Source: Pseudomonadota bacterium (GTDB taxonomy: Bacteria > Pseudomonadota > Alphaproteobacteria > RF32 > CAG-239). Taken from it: 64,000 nucleotides of DNA. The notes beneath the pieces were generated by a model. That model saw nothing but the letters and a program-made list of their open reading frames with translations. It did not search any database and was not told the DNA's origin. Within the stretch, counting starts at the first letter, position 1; each line of letters opens with the position of its first letter. Positions 46,059-59,775 of the stretch are shown one piece after another. The stretch lies in contig CAKJXZ020000001.1 of NCBI GenBank assembly GCA_918234285.1, positions 1 to 64,000 on the forward strand, read 5' to 3'. The position numbers were made by a program, and so were the translations under genes.

Positions 46059-46862
46059 ATGATTAAAATTGGTGTTGTAGGTGCATTGAGCCCGTTGGGG
46101 CGAGAAATGCTTACGGTATTGACTTCAACTGCGGGCTGTAGAATTGTCTGGACGGTTGACAAGCATTATGCGGCCGATGATCCGCAGCAAGCCCGTTTCA
46201 AAGATTTGGATGATGCGATATTTAACGCCCAGTTGCCTGATCTTGTGCTGGATTTTGCTGCGCATGCCTCAACTTCTCAGCGCGTGAAGATCTATCGCAG
46301 CAACGGCATTCCCGCCATTATGCAAGGCATGTTGCCCGAGGCAGAAATTGCCGCATTGAGCGAGATTACCATGGGCGGAATTTGCGCTCCAATTATCATT
46401 GAGCCGGATTTTTCAACCGTTATCGCGCAAGCAGTGAAGAATCTTTTGTGCCAAACCCATCATCTGATGAATGCAGTGCAAAGTGTTCGGGTGGATATAC
46501 GGCATAATTCCAACGTTGATTTCGTGCGCTTGCCGTGGTTACATTGGGCTAAGATACTTAACTCAATAGTCGGCGACGATACACAATTTCCGACCTGGGA
46601 CGGTGCAATGTTCAGCTTTGGCCATGTGAATGTCCATAATAATCATGCCGCCGAATTGGCTCAGGACGAGGAAGTTGTTAACATTGAACTTATTCTCGAT
46701 GACCCCAAAGGCAGTTTGATTTGGAACATTGCCTGCCCGCTGTTGCAATCGCGAGTTGAGGGTGTTGACCTTTTGCTCGATTGGTATGCCGCCCAGCGCG
46801 AAATTAACCAGAGTTTGGTAATGGGTGAGATTACGACCGATGTGTTGGCGCTGTTGATTTAA
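46059..46862 (+). CDS. DapB-like Rossmann-fold protein (divergent)
   Basis: MIKIGVVGA..PLGR Rossmann start, DLVLDF, PDFS; the DapB catalytic loop is not recognisable. Confidence 0.6.
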   Translation: MIKIGVVGALSPLGREMLTVLTSTAGCRIVWTVDKHYAADDPQQARFKDLDDAIFNAQLPDLVLDFAAHASTSQRVKIYRSNGIPAIMQGMLPEAEIAALSEITMGGICAPIIIEPDFSTVIAQAVKNLLCQTHHLMNAVQSVRVDIRHNSNVDFVRLPWLHWAKILNSIVGDDTQFPTWDGAMFSFGHVNVHNNHAAELAQDEEVVNIELILDDPKGSLIWNIACPLLQSRVEGVDLLLDWYAAQREINQSLVMGEITTDVLALLI

Positions 46863-46880
46863 CCTACATTGATTTTTAAG

Positions 46881-46916
46881 AGAAGCCGTCTGTTGATTCA
46901 GACGACTTCTTTTTTT
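46881..46916. terminator. intrinsic terminator between convergent genes
   Basis: AGAAGCCGTCTG/CAGACGACTTCT followed by a T-tract. Confidence 0.7.
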
Positions 46917-46922
46917 GCGTTT

Positions 46923-47417
46923 TTATTCCTTACAGGTTTGTTCGATATCGGCGAGAAAATCCTCGAGTTCCTGCTCGTGTTCAATTTCTTCTTTCAAAAT
47001 TTTCTCGGCAATACGATAAGTTTCATAATCGCGACCGTGCGTCAAATCGCAAATCCCCTCATAGCGACCGACAGCGCAGCGCTCGGCTTCCAAATTATCG
47101 TGCAACAATGCCGTTACGTTAAAGTTATGCGGTGTGATGTATTTACAATGCGCCAGTTCGTTCCAGCTCATCGGTTCCAGCACCGGAACTCCGCCCAGTT
47201 GAATAATGCGCTCCGCCAACCAATCGGCGTGTTTCAATTCTTCCGTCGCGTGTTCGGCAAACTCCTCCTCGATTTTGGCGCGCTCCTGCCCGTAAGCGAT
47301 TTTTGATGCCACCCAATACTGATAATAGGCCAGCCATTCTTCGGCAAATGCTTCATTTAATACTTTAAGTAAATTATCAATATCGACCTTGGCGATTTTC
47401 TTTGCCATTTCTCCCAT
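46923..47417 (-). CDS. ferritin-like / DPS-like (DPSL) protein
   Basis: AEEWLAYYQYW, EELKHA, ERIIQLGG, AERCAV and EEIEHE diiron motifs. Confidence 0.88.
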   Translation of the reverse strand: MGEMAKKIAKVDIDNLLKVLNEAFAEEWLAYYQYWVASKIAYGQERAKIEEEFAEHATEELKHADWLAERIIQLGGVPVLEPMSWNELAHCKYITPHNFNVTALLHDNLEAERCAVGRYEGICDLTHGRDYETYRIAEKILKEEIEHEQELEDFLADIEQTCKE

Positions 47418-47552
47418 AATTTTTTCTCCTTTGCTGTTTGTTATACGCCACAAAAATAATCACTGCGGCACGAAAATCAATATCACTTTATGCTTGAAAT
47501 TTTACGACATATTAACTTTCCGACATTATATTATAGGGCAAAGGAGAGCGCG

Positions 47553-48203
47553 ATGATTTTGGTTGCACCGAGTATATTGGCCGCCGATTACGGTTGTTTG
47601 CATCGGCAAATCCGTATGGTTGAAGATGCCAAGGCCGATTGGCTGCACTTTGATATTATGGACGGACATTTTGTGCCGAACTTAAGTTACGGTGCCGATT
47701 TGGTGCGGCAAATGCGCCCGGTCAGCACGTTGTTTTTCGACGTGCATCTGATGGTGGAAGAACCATTGAATTTTCTGCCGATGTTTGAGCATTGCGGTGC
47801 CGACCAGATTACGGTGCATTATGAAGCATGTTCCGATTTGCCGGCGGTTATATCTTATTTGAAACAGCGACATATCAAAGTCGGCGTTTCGCTCAAACCG
47901 AGCACTCCGGCCAAGGTGCTAAAACCGTATCTCGACGATGTTGACAATGTCTTGATTATGACGGTTGAACCGGGGTTCGGCGGACAGGCTTTTATGTCGG
48001 ATATGCTGCAAAAAATCAAAGAAGCGGCGCAGCTCATCAACGGTCGAGCCGTTACGCTTGAAGTTGACGGCGGCATAAATCCGCAAACGGCCGAACTGTG
48101 TTTTGAGGCCGGCGCCGATGTTTTTGTGGCCGGTAATGCCATATTTAAGGCACAAAATCCGGCGGAAATTATAAAACAACTGCATCTTTTGGGAGAAAAA
48201 TAA
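47553..48203 (+). CDS. rpe: ribulose-phosphate 3-epimerase
   Basis: APSILAAD, HFDIMDGHFVPN, DVHLM, PGFGGQ and VDGGI motifs. Confidence 0.95.
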   Translation: MILVAPSILAADYGCLHRQIRMVEDAKADWLHFDIMDGHFVPNLSYGADLVRQMRPVSTLFFDVHLMVEEPLNFLPMFEHCGADQITVHYEACSDLPAVISYLKQRHIKVGVSLKPSTPAKVLKPYLDDVDNVLIMTVEPGFGGQAFMSDMLQKIKEAAQLINGRAVTLEVDGGINPQTAELCFEAGADVFVAGNAIFKAQNPAEIIKQLHLLGEK

Positions 48204-48901
48204 TGGCAAAAATTTTGGTTGTTGAAGATGAACAAGCTATTGCCGTATTGCTTAAATACAATTTGGAAAAAGCCGGTTACGAAACAATTTGCGTGGCGCA
48301 GGGCAACAAAGTTCTGCCGGCCGTGGAAAAAGAAACGCCAACTCTCATTTTGCTTGATTGGATGTTGCCGGAAATGTCCGGTTTGGAGTTGTGCAAAATT
48401 ATCCGCAACAACCCGGATTTGAAAAATATTCCGATTATTATGCTCACGGCCAAAGGTCAGGAAGAAGATAAAATCGCCGGACTTTCCGCCGGTGCCGACG
48501 ACTACGTGACCAAACCGTTTTCCATTCCGGAACTTTTGGCGCGCATACAAACCAACTTACGCCGTGCCGGTAACGTCGCATCGAGTATCAAAAAAGAGTA
48601 TGTTTTCCGTGATATTGTGCTGAAAAGTAACGAGAAAAAAGTTTTCCGCAACGATAATTACATTCAGCTCGGACCGACCGAATTTCGTATTCTGCAGTTG
48701 TTGATTTCCAACCCGACGCAGGTGTTTTCGCGCGATGAGGTCTTAAAAACGGTGTGGGGTAACAGTATTTATGTGGAGCCACGCACGGTAGATGTGCATA
48801 TCCGCCGCCTGCGCAAAGCCCTCAACGAGTTCGGACCGGATTATATCCGCACCATTCGCTCGACCGGCTATTCGCTTGATGATCACCAGGTGGAAGAATA
48901 G
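48203..48901 (+). CDS. phoB: PhoB-like OmpR-family response regulator
   Basis: LLDWMLP, GADDYVTKPF, LGPTEF, YVEPRTVDVHIRRLRK. Confidence 0.85.
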   Translation: MAKILVVEDEQAIAVLLKYNLEKAGYETICVAQGNKVLPAVEKETPTLILLDWMLPEMSGLELCKIIRNNPDLKNIPIIMLTAKGQEEDKIAGLSAGADDYVTKPFSIPELLARIQTNLRRAGNVASSIKKEYVFRDIVLKSNEKKVFRNDNYIQLGPTEFRILQLLISNPTQVFSRDEVLKTVWGNSIYVEPRTVDVHIRRLRKALNEFGPDYIRTIRSTGYSLDDHQVEE

Positions 48902-51900
48902 TTATTTTCCGTTTTCATAAAGTTGCTGAGCCGACACGTAGTCAAATTTACCGCTGCCGAGCAACGGCGGAGTTGCCGTATACACTACCTCGCGCGGAAT
49001 CCATAATTCGCTGACCCCCTGTTTTTGAAAATACTTTTTGATTTCGGTAACGTTGGCTTTGTTATCCGACGTTATCAGCACCAATTTTTCGCCTTTTTTC
49101 TCGTCTTCAACCGCGATAATTCCTTGCTTGACATCAGGATACAGCGCATCCAGCAACTGTTCCACCGCTGTCAACGACACCATTTCTCCGCCGATTTTGG
49201 CGAAGCGTTTGGCGCGGCCGCAAATCGAAACGAACCCTTCTTCGTCAATGCTGACGATATCTCCGGTATCATACCACTCGCCGGCCTTTTCCAAAACCTT
49301 CGGCTTGTCGGCACGCATGTAGCCGAGCATAACATTGTCACCCTTAACCTCGAGCCGACCGCCCTCTGCTACACCGTTGACTTTTTGCAACCTATATTCA
49401 ATATGCGTCAGCAAACGACCTACCGTATTTTCTTTGCAAAACATCGGCGTATTTACCGCCAACACCGGCGAAGTTTCGGTAGTTCCGTAACCTTCATAGA
49501 TTCTGACACCGAATTTTTTCATCCATAATTCTGCGGTGCGGGCTTTGAGTTTTTCGCCTCCCATCACGGCAAAACGCACCGTGAAAAAGTCGTACGGATG
49601 GGCACGCCGACCGTAACCGAAAAGAAAAGTATCCGTGCCCAAAATTGCGGTTGCCTGCAAACCGTAGGCTATTTCCGGAATAATGCGATAGTGCAACGGC
49701 GACGGATAAAAATAAGTCTTAACTCCGTTTAACATCGGCAACAGCGTACCCACCGTGAGCCCGAAAGAATGAAACATCGGCAACGCGTTCAGAATCACAT
49801 CACGGCTGGTAAACGGCACGGCCAAACGAATCTGCAACACGTTGCTGAGCAGATTGCGGTGTGACAGCAAAACCCCTTTCGGCAAACCTTCCGAACCGGA
49901 AGTAAACAGTATGGCCGCCACATCATCGGCCTTGGCCCGTGACTTGCGGCGCAATATATAATTCCATAAACCTTTTAATTTATCGCCTAAACTTATTTTT
50001 GCGGACAAATCTTCCAAATACACCAATTCGCATTTTGCCTTATGCGCACATTTTTCCAACCGCTCCAAATTGCCTTGCTCGATAAATTTATGAGCGGTTA
50101 TAATCTTTTTCAAACCGACGGTTTTCAAACACGATGTAAACTGCTTATCGCCCAAGGAAAAGTTCAGCATTGCCGGCACTTTATCAATACTTTGCAAAGC
50201 AAAAAAACTGACAAGTCCGACCAGACTGTTCGGCAGTAAAACCCCGATTTTTTCTTCCTGCGGCATAAATTTCTTAAATAACGTGCCCAACACGTACATC
50301 TTCAAAAGTATTTGCTTATAATTTAGCGTTTTGCCACCTATATCCGTGGCCAGCGGATGCTTTGAACCATATTTTTTCTCGGCTGATAACAACGCATTAA
50401 ACAACGGTATATCGATATTTTCCGTAACATACATCATCTCGTTTAACATATCGTGGAGTTGTAATGCCGCTTTTTGTCTCCGCTCGCGTGCCAACAGTCC
50501 GTTGTCGGTTTTAATTTCCTGCGGAGGCAGAATCGTCAGCGTAATTTGCGGAAAAGAACGAGCCTTTACCAAGTGACCTATATACGAAAATTTGGAATAT
50601 TGCGCGCCGTCGATACGCACCGGAACGATTTTGGCGCCGGTTTTTTCCGCCACCACGCCGGTACCTTCATAAATTTTCATCAAAGTTCCGGTTACGCTGA
50701 TACGTCCTTCCGGGAAAATCATTACCGTACGGCCCTGATTAATCACCTCCATCAAAGTACGCAACGCCAGTGGACTGGCTGGATTAAGCGGGCAAAAACG
50801 CACCAACCCGTCGAGCATTTTCACATACCATTTTTTGCCCCACGCCTCGTCGATGGCAAAGGTCATTTTGCGCGGCAAATACACCGCCGCCAACACTCCG
50901 TCCAAAAGCGAAACGTGGTTTGCCACCACCAACGTACGCGATTTGGAATTCTCAAAATTCTCCAGACCGTTTACTTTAACCCGATACAGCGCACCCAATA
51001 TCATATATAAAAGCGAACGCGCCAGAGAATCCGGCAGCAATTTGCTGATATAGCAAGCCATCAACAAACTAAGCACCGCCATTACCAAGAACAAATCGAC
51101 GATTTCCAAACCGAGCGCCAACAATGCCACCGAGCTCAGCGCCACCAACACCATACCCAGTGAATTGATAATGTTGTTGCCGGCAATAATCGAGGCCACA
51201 CAACTTTTCGGTGCCCGTTTTTGCATCAAAGCATTGAGCGGCACCACATATACTCCGCCGGCGCAAGCAAACAAGAAAAACAGCACCAACAATGTCGCAC
51301 CGCGCGGCATAAGCACAAACTCGCTCAAAGCAATCGGAGCAGCCGGAGCCGCGAAACCTTTGGCCAAAAAGTAGATAGCAAAAGCGCAGGCACTCATACA
51401 AAAGGCGCTGAGCGGAACATATAACACCGAAACCCTGCCTTTAAGCAGTTTATTACATAGTAACGATCCGGCACCGACACCGACCGAAAACAGCACCAAA
51501 CACAGCGTTACCACTTCCTGCTCGGTGTTCAAAACCTTACTGCACAGCGGAAACACGTTGGTCAGCACAAAGGCACCGAGCATCCAAAACCAGCTGGCGC
51601 CCAAAATGGCGCGAAAAATAATGACATGCGAGCGTATTAGTTTATAATTGTCGCGAATCTGCTTAAACAAATTAAAGTTAATGATTAAATTTTCATCGGC
51701 ACACGGTGTATTCGGAATTTTATAGGCCGCCGCCATACCGATAAGCGAACAGCAAATCAATAACGCAATACCGGCATTGACCGACAGCATCGTACCGAGT
51801 ATCGTACCCAAAATAATTGAAATATACGTACTTCCCTCAACATAAGCATTACCGGCAATCAGCTCCTCCTGGCGCAGCAATTGCGGCAACAGCGCATATT

Positions 51901-52276
51901 TTATCGGCCCGAAAAAGGTGGATTGCGTCCCCATGAAAAACAAAATAACAATCAGCAGCGGCACGCTTTTGGTAATAAATACCGCACCGGCTCCCATCAT
52001 CAGCAACAGTTCGGTAACTTTCAAAATCCGCACCAAGTGCGCCCGGTTGTATTTATCCGCCACCAGTCCGGCCAAAGCCGAAAACAAAAAATACGGCAAA
52101 ATAAAAACACCGGCAATAATATTTGAATATATGCCGGAAACCTGCTCGTCGGCGCCCATCTTAAACGCCACAAAAGTCAATAAAGTTGTTTTGAATAAAT
52201 TATCGTTCAAAGCGCCGAAAAATTGCGTCACAAGGAGCGGTATAAAACGCATTCCTTTCCATAAATCGTTTTTCAT
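48902..52276 (-). CDS. aas: MFS-acyltransferase-acyl-ACP synthetase fusion
   Basis: LplT-like MFS N-terminus (FFGPIKY), NHVSLLD/FPEG acyltransferase, FTSGSEGLPKG/EGYG AMP-binding domain. Confidence 0.92.
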   Translation of the reverse strand: MKNDLWKGMRFIPLLVTQFFGALNDNLFKTTLLTFVAFKMGADEQVSGIYSNIIAGVFILPYFLFSALAGLVADKYNRAHLVRILKVTELLLMMGAGAVFITKSVPLLIVILFFMGTQSTFFGPIKYALLPQLLRQEELIAGNAYVEGSTYISIILGTILGTMLSVNAGIALLICCSLIGMAAAYKIPNTPCADENLIINFNLFKQIRDNYKLIRSHVIIFRAILGASWFWMLGAFVLTNVFPLCSKVLNTEQEVVTLCLVLFSVGVGAGSLLCNKLLKGRVSVLYVPLSAFCMSACAFAIYFLAKGFAAPAAPIALSEFVLMPRGATLLVLFFLFACAGGVYVVPLNALMQKRAPKSCVASIIAGNNIINSLGMVLVALSSVALLALGLEIVDLFLVMAVLSLLMACYISKLLPDSLARSLLYMILGALYRVKVNGLENFENSKSRTLVVANHVSLLDGVLAAVYLPRKMTFAIDEAWGKKWYVKMLDGLVRFCPLNPASPLALRTLMEVINQGRTVMIFPEGRISVTGTLMKIYEGTGVVAEKTGAKIVPVRIDGAQYSKFSYIGHLVKARSFPQITLTILPPQEIKTDNGLLARERRQKAALQLHDMLNEMMYVTENIDIPLFNALLSAEKKYGSKHPLATDIGGKTLNYKQILLKMYVLGTLFKKFMPQEEKIGVLLPNSLVGLVSFFALQSIDKVPAMLNFSLGDKQFTSCLKTVGLKKIITAHKFIEQGNLERLEKCAHKAKCELVYLEDLSAKISLGDKLKGLWNYILRRKSRAKADDVAAILFTSGSEGLPKGVLLSHRNLLSNVLQIRLAVPFTSRDVILNALPMFHSFGLTVGTLLPMLNGVKTYFYPSPLHYRIIPEIAYGLQATAILGTDTFLFGYGRRAHPYDFFTVRFAVMGGEKLKARTAELWMKKFGVRIYEGYGTTETSPVLAVNTPMFCKENTVGRLLTHIEYRLQKVNGVAEGGRLEVKGDNVMLGYMRADKPKVLEKAGEWYDTGDIVSIDEEGFVSICGRAKRFAKIGGEMVSLTAVEQLLDALYPDVKQGIIAVEDEKKGEKLVLITSDNKANVTEIKKYFQKQGVSELWIPREVVYTATPPLLGSGKFDYVSAQQLYENGK

Positions 52277-52294
52277 AAATGCCTCATTTTTATA

Positions 52295-55654
<3,360 letters not shown>

Positions 55655-55818
55655 AGAGCAACGTCCACTTTAATATTTCATTAATAGTACTACAATTTTG
55701 CAAAAAAATCAAGTATAAAATGCCTGAAAACGTACTTTTTTAGGTGCGAAAAATTACCGATTGACACGGCACGAAATTGGCTATATATACTGGACAAAGC
55801 CAATGAAAGGATAATGTT

Positions 55819-56739
55819 ATGAATCTTGATTTGATTAAAGTAAATTTGCAATATTTTTTACCTAAGCATTTACTCACCCGTTTAGTCGGGTTTTTAGCCG
55901 CCGCAAAACTCGGTAAAGCCACCAATTTTGCCATAAAATCATTTATAAACGTGTATAAAATCAATATGGATGAAATAGATGAAGAAATCGAGGATTTTGA
56001 AACGTTTAACGACTTTTTTTCCAGAGCATTGAAGGATGGGGCCAGACCGATTGATGCCGCGACAAACAGCGTGATTTTTCCGGCTGACGGTAAAATAAGC
56101 GAATTCGGCGACTTGCACGGAGATTTTCAACTGCAGGCCAAAGAACACTATTTTACGACGGCAGCACTGCTCGGCAGCCGCGATGATGCCGCATTATTTA
56201 CCGACGGCAAATTTATGACTGTTTACCTTGCGCCGCAGGACTATCACCGGGTTCATATTCCATTGGCCGGAAAACTTTTGAAAATGACTTATATCCCGGG
56301 AGAATTGTTCTCGGTTAATCCGTTATATACGGCCAATATTCCGGAACTTTTTTCACGCAACGAACGTGTTGTATGTCTGTTTGAAACCGTTGCGGGTAAA
56401 ATGGCCGTAGTCTTTGTCGGTGCCGCGATTGTCCGCAGTATTGTCACTGCTTGGGCCGGCACGGTTGCACCGGCACGCAAGGCGGAAATCAGCACCAAAA
56501 TTTATGATAAACAAGATATATCTTTTGCCAAAGGTGACGAAATCGGTAAGTTTATGATGGGAAGCACCGTAATCTGCCTGTTTGAGAAAAATCAAATTGA
56601 ATTCAGCGGCGGTTTAACCCGTGAGCAAAAAACCCGAGTCGGCCAAAAAATGGCTCTGATAAAGGCCGTAGCTCCTAAAGCGGTTAAACGAGCGTCAACA
56701 ACCGCGCGCCCTCGCACTGCCAAGAAAAAAACTGCTTAA
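55819..56739 (+). CDS. psd: phosphatidylserine decarboxylase proenzyme
   Basis: FNDFFSR, PADG, YLAPQDYHRVH, NER, and MGST self-cleavage site. Confidence 0.93.
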   Translation: MNLDLIKVNLQYFLPKHLLTRLVGFLAAAKLGKATNFAIKSFINVYKINMDEIDEEIEDFETFNDFFSRALKDGARPIDAATNSVIFPADGKISEFGDLHGDFQLQAKEHYFTTAALLGSRDDAALFTDGKFMTVYLAPQDYHRVHIPLAGKLLKMTYIPGELFSVNPLYTANIPELFSRNERVVCLFETVAGKMAVVFVGAAIVRSIVTAWAGTVAPARKAEISTKIYDKQDISFAKGDEIGKFMMGSTVICLFEKNQIEFSGGLTREQKTRVGQKMALIKAVAPKAVKRASTTARPRTAKKKTA

Positions 56740-56753
56740 ACAGCAGTTTTTTT
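56725..56753. terminator. bidirectional terminator
   Basis: AAAAAAACTGCT/AGCAGTTTTTTT. Confidence 0.65.
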
Positions 56754-56768
56754 CTTTTTTTTCAAGCT

Positions 56769-58952
56769 TTACAAAATATCTATCAAGCGTTGTTTAAGCT
56801 CTGTCGCGACATCCAGTCGGTGATAACCTTTATTGCTGACATTCTGCGGGAAATATTCGCCGATATCCAGAGCAAATATGTTCGACTGCTGGTTGACAAA
56901 GTTGCGGCTGAGATTGATAGTCTCGGCATTACTTGTCAAATATTCTTTGTATTGTCTTATGGCTTCCTGAGCCTCTTCCGCAAAACTGTTTTGTTTTGCG
57001 AATATACCCGTAAAGGCAAAAATGACAACTATCATCATCATAATCAGAAAACTGCAGATTCCGCCGATATAAATACTGCTGAATCCCCAAATCAGCACCA
57101 TAGCCACCAGAGTCAGTACTTTGGTCGGAATTGCGATATACCAGTGTTTGAAATTATGGCGCAGAATCCAGATATAAAAGGCATACATCAAGGTTGTAGA
57201 AAGCAAAATGATGAGTGTCTGCGCAAAGTTTATACTGATAAAGGCGATAAATATCTCCGTTACAAGCAACATGGCCGTGCTGAACAAAACATAGCTTATG
57301 TTATGGAAAATATTATATTTTTTAATTTGTCGCAATATGATTTTTTCCAATATTTTCTTGGCCTTTTTGAAACGGACGTTGTTGGCATTATTTACCTCAA
57401 CGGCATTTCCCTGTTTTTTGAACAGCACTTTAATGGCACGGCGTTCCGGAGACGTCAGCTTGGTCGAACTGAGGTTCTTCTTGGTGATATAAACTCGGTT
57501 ATCGCTCTGCTGAATATCAATGGCATTTTTACGGAATAAATCCAAAATTTGCGCCACAAAGGCCACTCTATCGTATTTATTGATCATAATACTGCGCATC
57601 AACGAGCCGTTGTAAGAAGGAGTGTACTTCCGATTTTTACGGTCTTTTTTCAGGTTAAGAAGCGACAGCACAAACGAAATCAAAATGGCCGCCAAACCGA
57701 TAAGGGCGTATAAAATGTTCCCCCAGTTGGTTAAAAAGTGAGAAAAGTTGCGATTGAAGCCTTTAATGAAGATAGAGCTATCCATAACCGCCAACACGTG
57801 CATAATTTCTCCGTTAAGCATCGGTGTAACGTTAGAAAAGGCCACCACATTAGAGCTTAAATCAAAGCGTCTGGTACGTCTTTGCGTCATCGATTCAGCT
57901 CGTCCGACTAACGCGACAACATCTTCAAAGCCGTATTTTGATGCATTGTCTGTCTTCTGCTCGGTACCATTATTAAACAAGTCAGAATTATACCCGCCAG
58001 GCGTGCTGATAATAGCGTTGGCCGATGTAATCAAAATATCCATCGGACGACCGGTCAGGCTCCAATCCAAAAATTGCTTTTGCTCCGATGTGGTCAATTT
58101 ATTATTGATTTTATAGTTAAAAACATAGGTATAAACACCTGCTTCCAAGCGTTGGTTGTATTTTGGTTTTATTACGATATTATCACCGATTTCTTCTGCC
58201 ATATAAGGAACTTCGGTGCCGTTAACCGTTACACTGTCCAGCATAAAATCAATTTTTTGATATTTGGCTGCATATTTCGGAAACATTCGCGATAATCCGT
58301 ATGCGAATTTTTCGTTGTTGGCTACAAGCGTAATGGTATCTTCAACCGTCAAATATCCGTTGGCTTGAATATCAATATAGCTTAGGAAATATGCAATATG
58401 TTCACGCGCCGGCGCCAAAATTCGCCGACCGCTCGGTAACGTAACACCGACGGTAGGTATCTGCGGTTGCTTTTCCGGCTCTGCTTCGGCAAAAGAATAA
58501 AATTTCTGAGCTGCCTGTGCCACCGCGCGCATGGTCTGTTCGTCCTGTTTATATGCAGTTTCTTCCGAATCCGGTATTTTGCCGCCGAGAGATGCCAAGG
58601 CTTTTTCGTAAAATGTTTGGAATAAGCCCTTTTTATTTTGTTCTTCCTGTTCTTTGAGATATTCCGCGGAGTGCACGATGTTGACACCGATAGAGTTGTT
58701 CAAATCGGTATCTTTATCCATAACGGACTGCGAAACCTCTTCGAATCTTTTCTTAAAGTATGCCCGCACTTCTTGCTCGTTATTCGGATCAGGCAACCAA
58801 TCTTCACTGCTTCTCTGCCAACCGGATTGCGACTGCGGACGCGGTTGGGAACGTGTATCCGGAGAGCCGAGCGGATAAATATCGGCCGGTGCCGGAGTGC
58901 TCAACAATGTTACAAAACATAAACTTATTATTGCTAAAAAAAACTTTTTCAT
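56769..58952 (-). CDS. DUF2207-like membrane protein
   Basis: Signal peptide, DIQANGYLTVEDTI periplasmic domain, C-terminal TM bundle and YKEYL segment. Confidence 0.7.
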   Translation of the reverse strand: MKKFFLAIISLCFVTLLSTPAPADIYPLGSPDTRSQPRPQSQSGWQRSSEDWLPDPNNEQEVRAYFKKRFEEVSQSVMDKDTDLNNSIGVNIVHSAEYLKEQEEQNKKGLFQTFYEKALASLGGKIPDSEETAYKQDEQTMRAVAQAAQKFYSFAEAEPEKQPQIPTVGVTLPSGRRILAPAREHIAYFLSYIDIQANGYLTVEDTITLVANNEKFAYGLSRMFPKYAAKYQKIDFMLDSVTVNGTEVPYMAEEIGDNIVIKPKYNQRLEAGVYTYVFNYKINNKLTTSEQKQFLDWSLTGRPMDILITSANAIISTPGGYNSDLFNNGTEQKTDNASKYGFEDVVALVGRAESMTQRRTRRFDLSSNVVAFSNVTPMLNGEIMHVLAVMDSSIFIKGFNRNFSHFLTNWGNILYALIGLAAILISFVLSLLNLKKDRKNRKYTPSYNGSLMRSIMINKYDRVAFVAQILDLFRKNAIDIQQSDNRVYITKKNLSSTKLTSPERRAIKVLFKKQGNAVEVNNANNVRFKKAKKILEKIILRQIKKYNIFHNISYVLFSTAMLLVTEIFIAFISINFAQTLIILLSTTLMYAFYIWILRHNFKHWYIAIPTKVLTLVAMVLIWGFSSIYIGGICSFLIMMMIVVIFAFTGIFAKQNSFAEEAQEAIRQYKEYLTSNAETINLSRNFVNQQSNIFALDIGEYFPQNVSNKGYHRLDVATELKQRLIDIL

Positions 58953-59049
58953 AACCTTCGTCCTTGTATTTACAAATACGCTATATGTTGATAATATGCC
59001 TATAGTATTTTATTGGCAACACATTAAAAAAGTTATAAGGAGATATTAT

Positions 59050-59775
59050 ATGAGCAATAAAACCGCTGCAATAATTTTAGGGGCCGGAAAAGGTACCAGA
59101 ATGAACTCGGACAAACCCAAAGTTCTGATGCCGGTGTGCGGTAAACCGATGATTAATCATATTATTGACACGTTGAAAACCGTACCGGTGGATAAAATAG
59201 TGACGGTAATTTCTCCCGAAGGTCAAGACGTCGCTGCTGCTGTTGCCCCGTATGAAACTTGCGTGCAATCGGCACAGCTCGGTACCGGACATGCCGTTAA
59301 TTGTGCCAAAGATTTGTTCAAGGGATTTGACGGCACTATTTTGGTGGTTTTTGGCGATACTCCGCTGATTACGGCAGCAACTTTCCGCCGTGCCATAGCC
59401 AAAGTTGCCGAGGGATTTTCGGTGGTAGTTTTGGGTTTTGTGCCGGCAGATGCCGGACGTTACGGCCGTTTGGTAATGAAAGGCTCGGAGCTCGATCGCA
59501 TTGTCGAATATAAGGACGCCAACGACGAAGAACGCGCCATTACTTTTTGCAATTCCGGCGTTATGGCCTTTGACGGCAAATATTTGTTCGATATTTTGGC
59601 ACGAATCGAAAACCATAATGCTGCCGGCGAATTTTATTTGACCGATGCAGTTGCCATCGCCCATCAAATGGGCCTAAAGTGTACTGCTTTGGAGGGGAAT
59701 CCGGAAGAAGTGGCAAGTGCCAACACTTTGGAGGAGCTGGCTCAACTGGAAGTTTTTTATAAGAAAGCAATATAA
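59050..59775 (+). CDS. GlmU N-terminal domain only (UDP-GlcNAc pyrophosphorylase, no acetyltransferase domain)
   Basis: GAGKGTRM, QLGTGHA, GDTPL, YGR, EYKDA and GEFYLTD motifs; ends at 241 aa without a left-handed beta-helix. Confidence 0.85.
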   Translation: MSNKTAAIILGAGKGTRMNSDKPKVLMPVCGKPMINHIIDTLKTVPVDKIVTVISPEGQDVAAAVAPYETCVQSAQLGTGHAVNCAKDLFKGFDGTILVVFGDTPLITAATFRRAIAKVAEGFSVVVLGFVPADAGRYGRLVMKGSELDRIVEYKDANDEERAITFCNSGVMAFDGKYLFDILARIENHNAAGEFYLTDAVAIAHQMGLKCTALEGNPEEVASANTLEELAQLEVFYKKAI

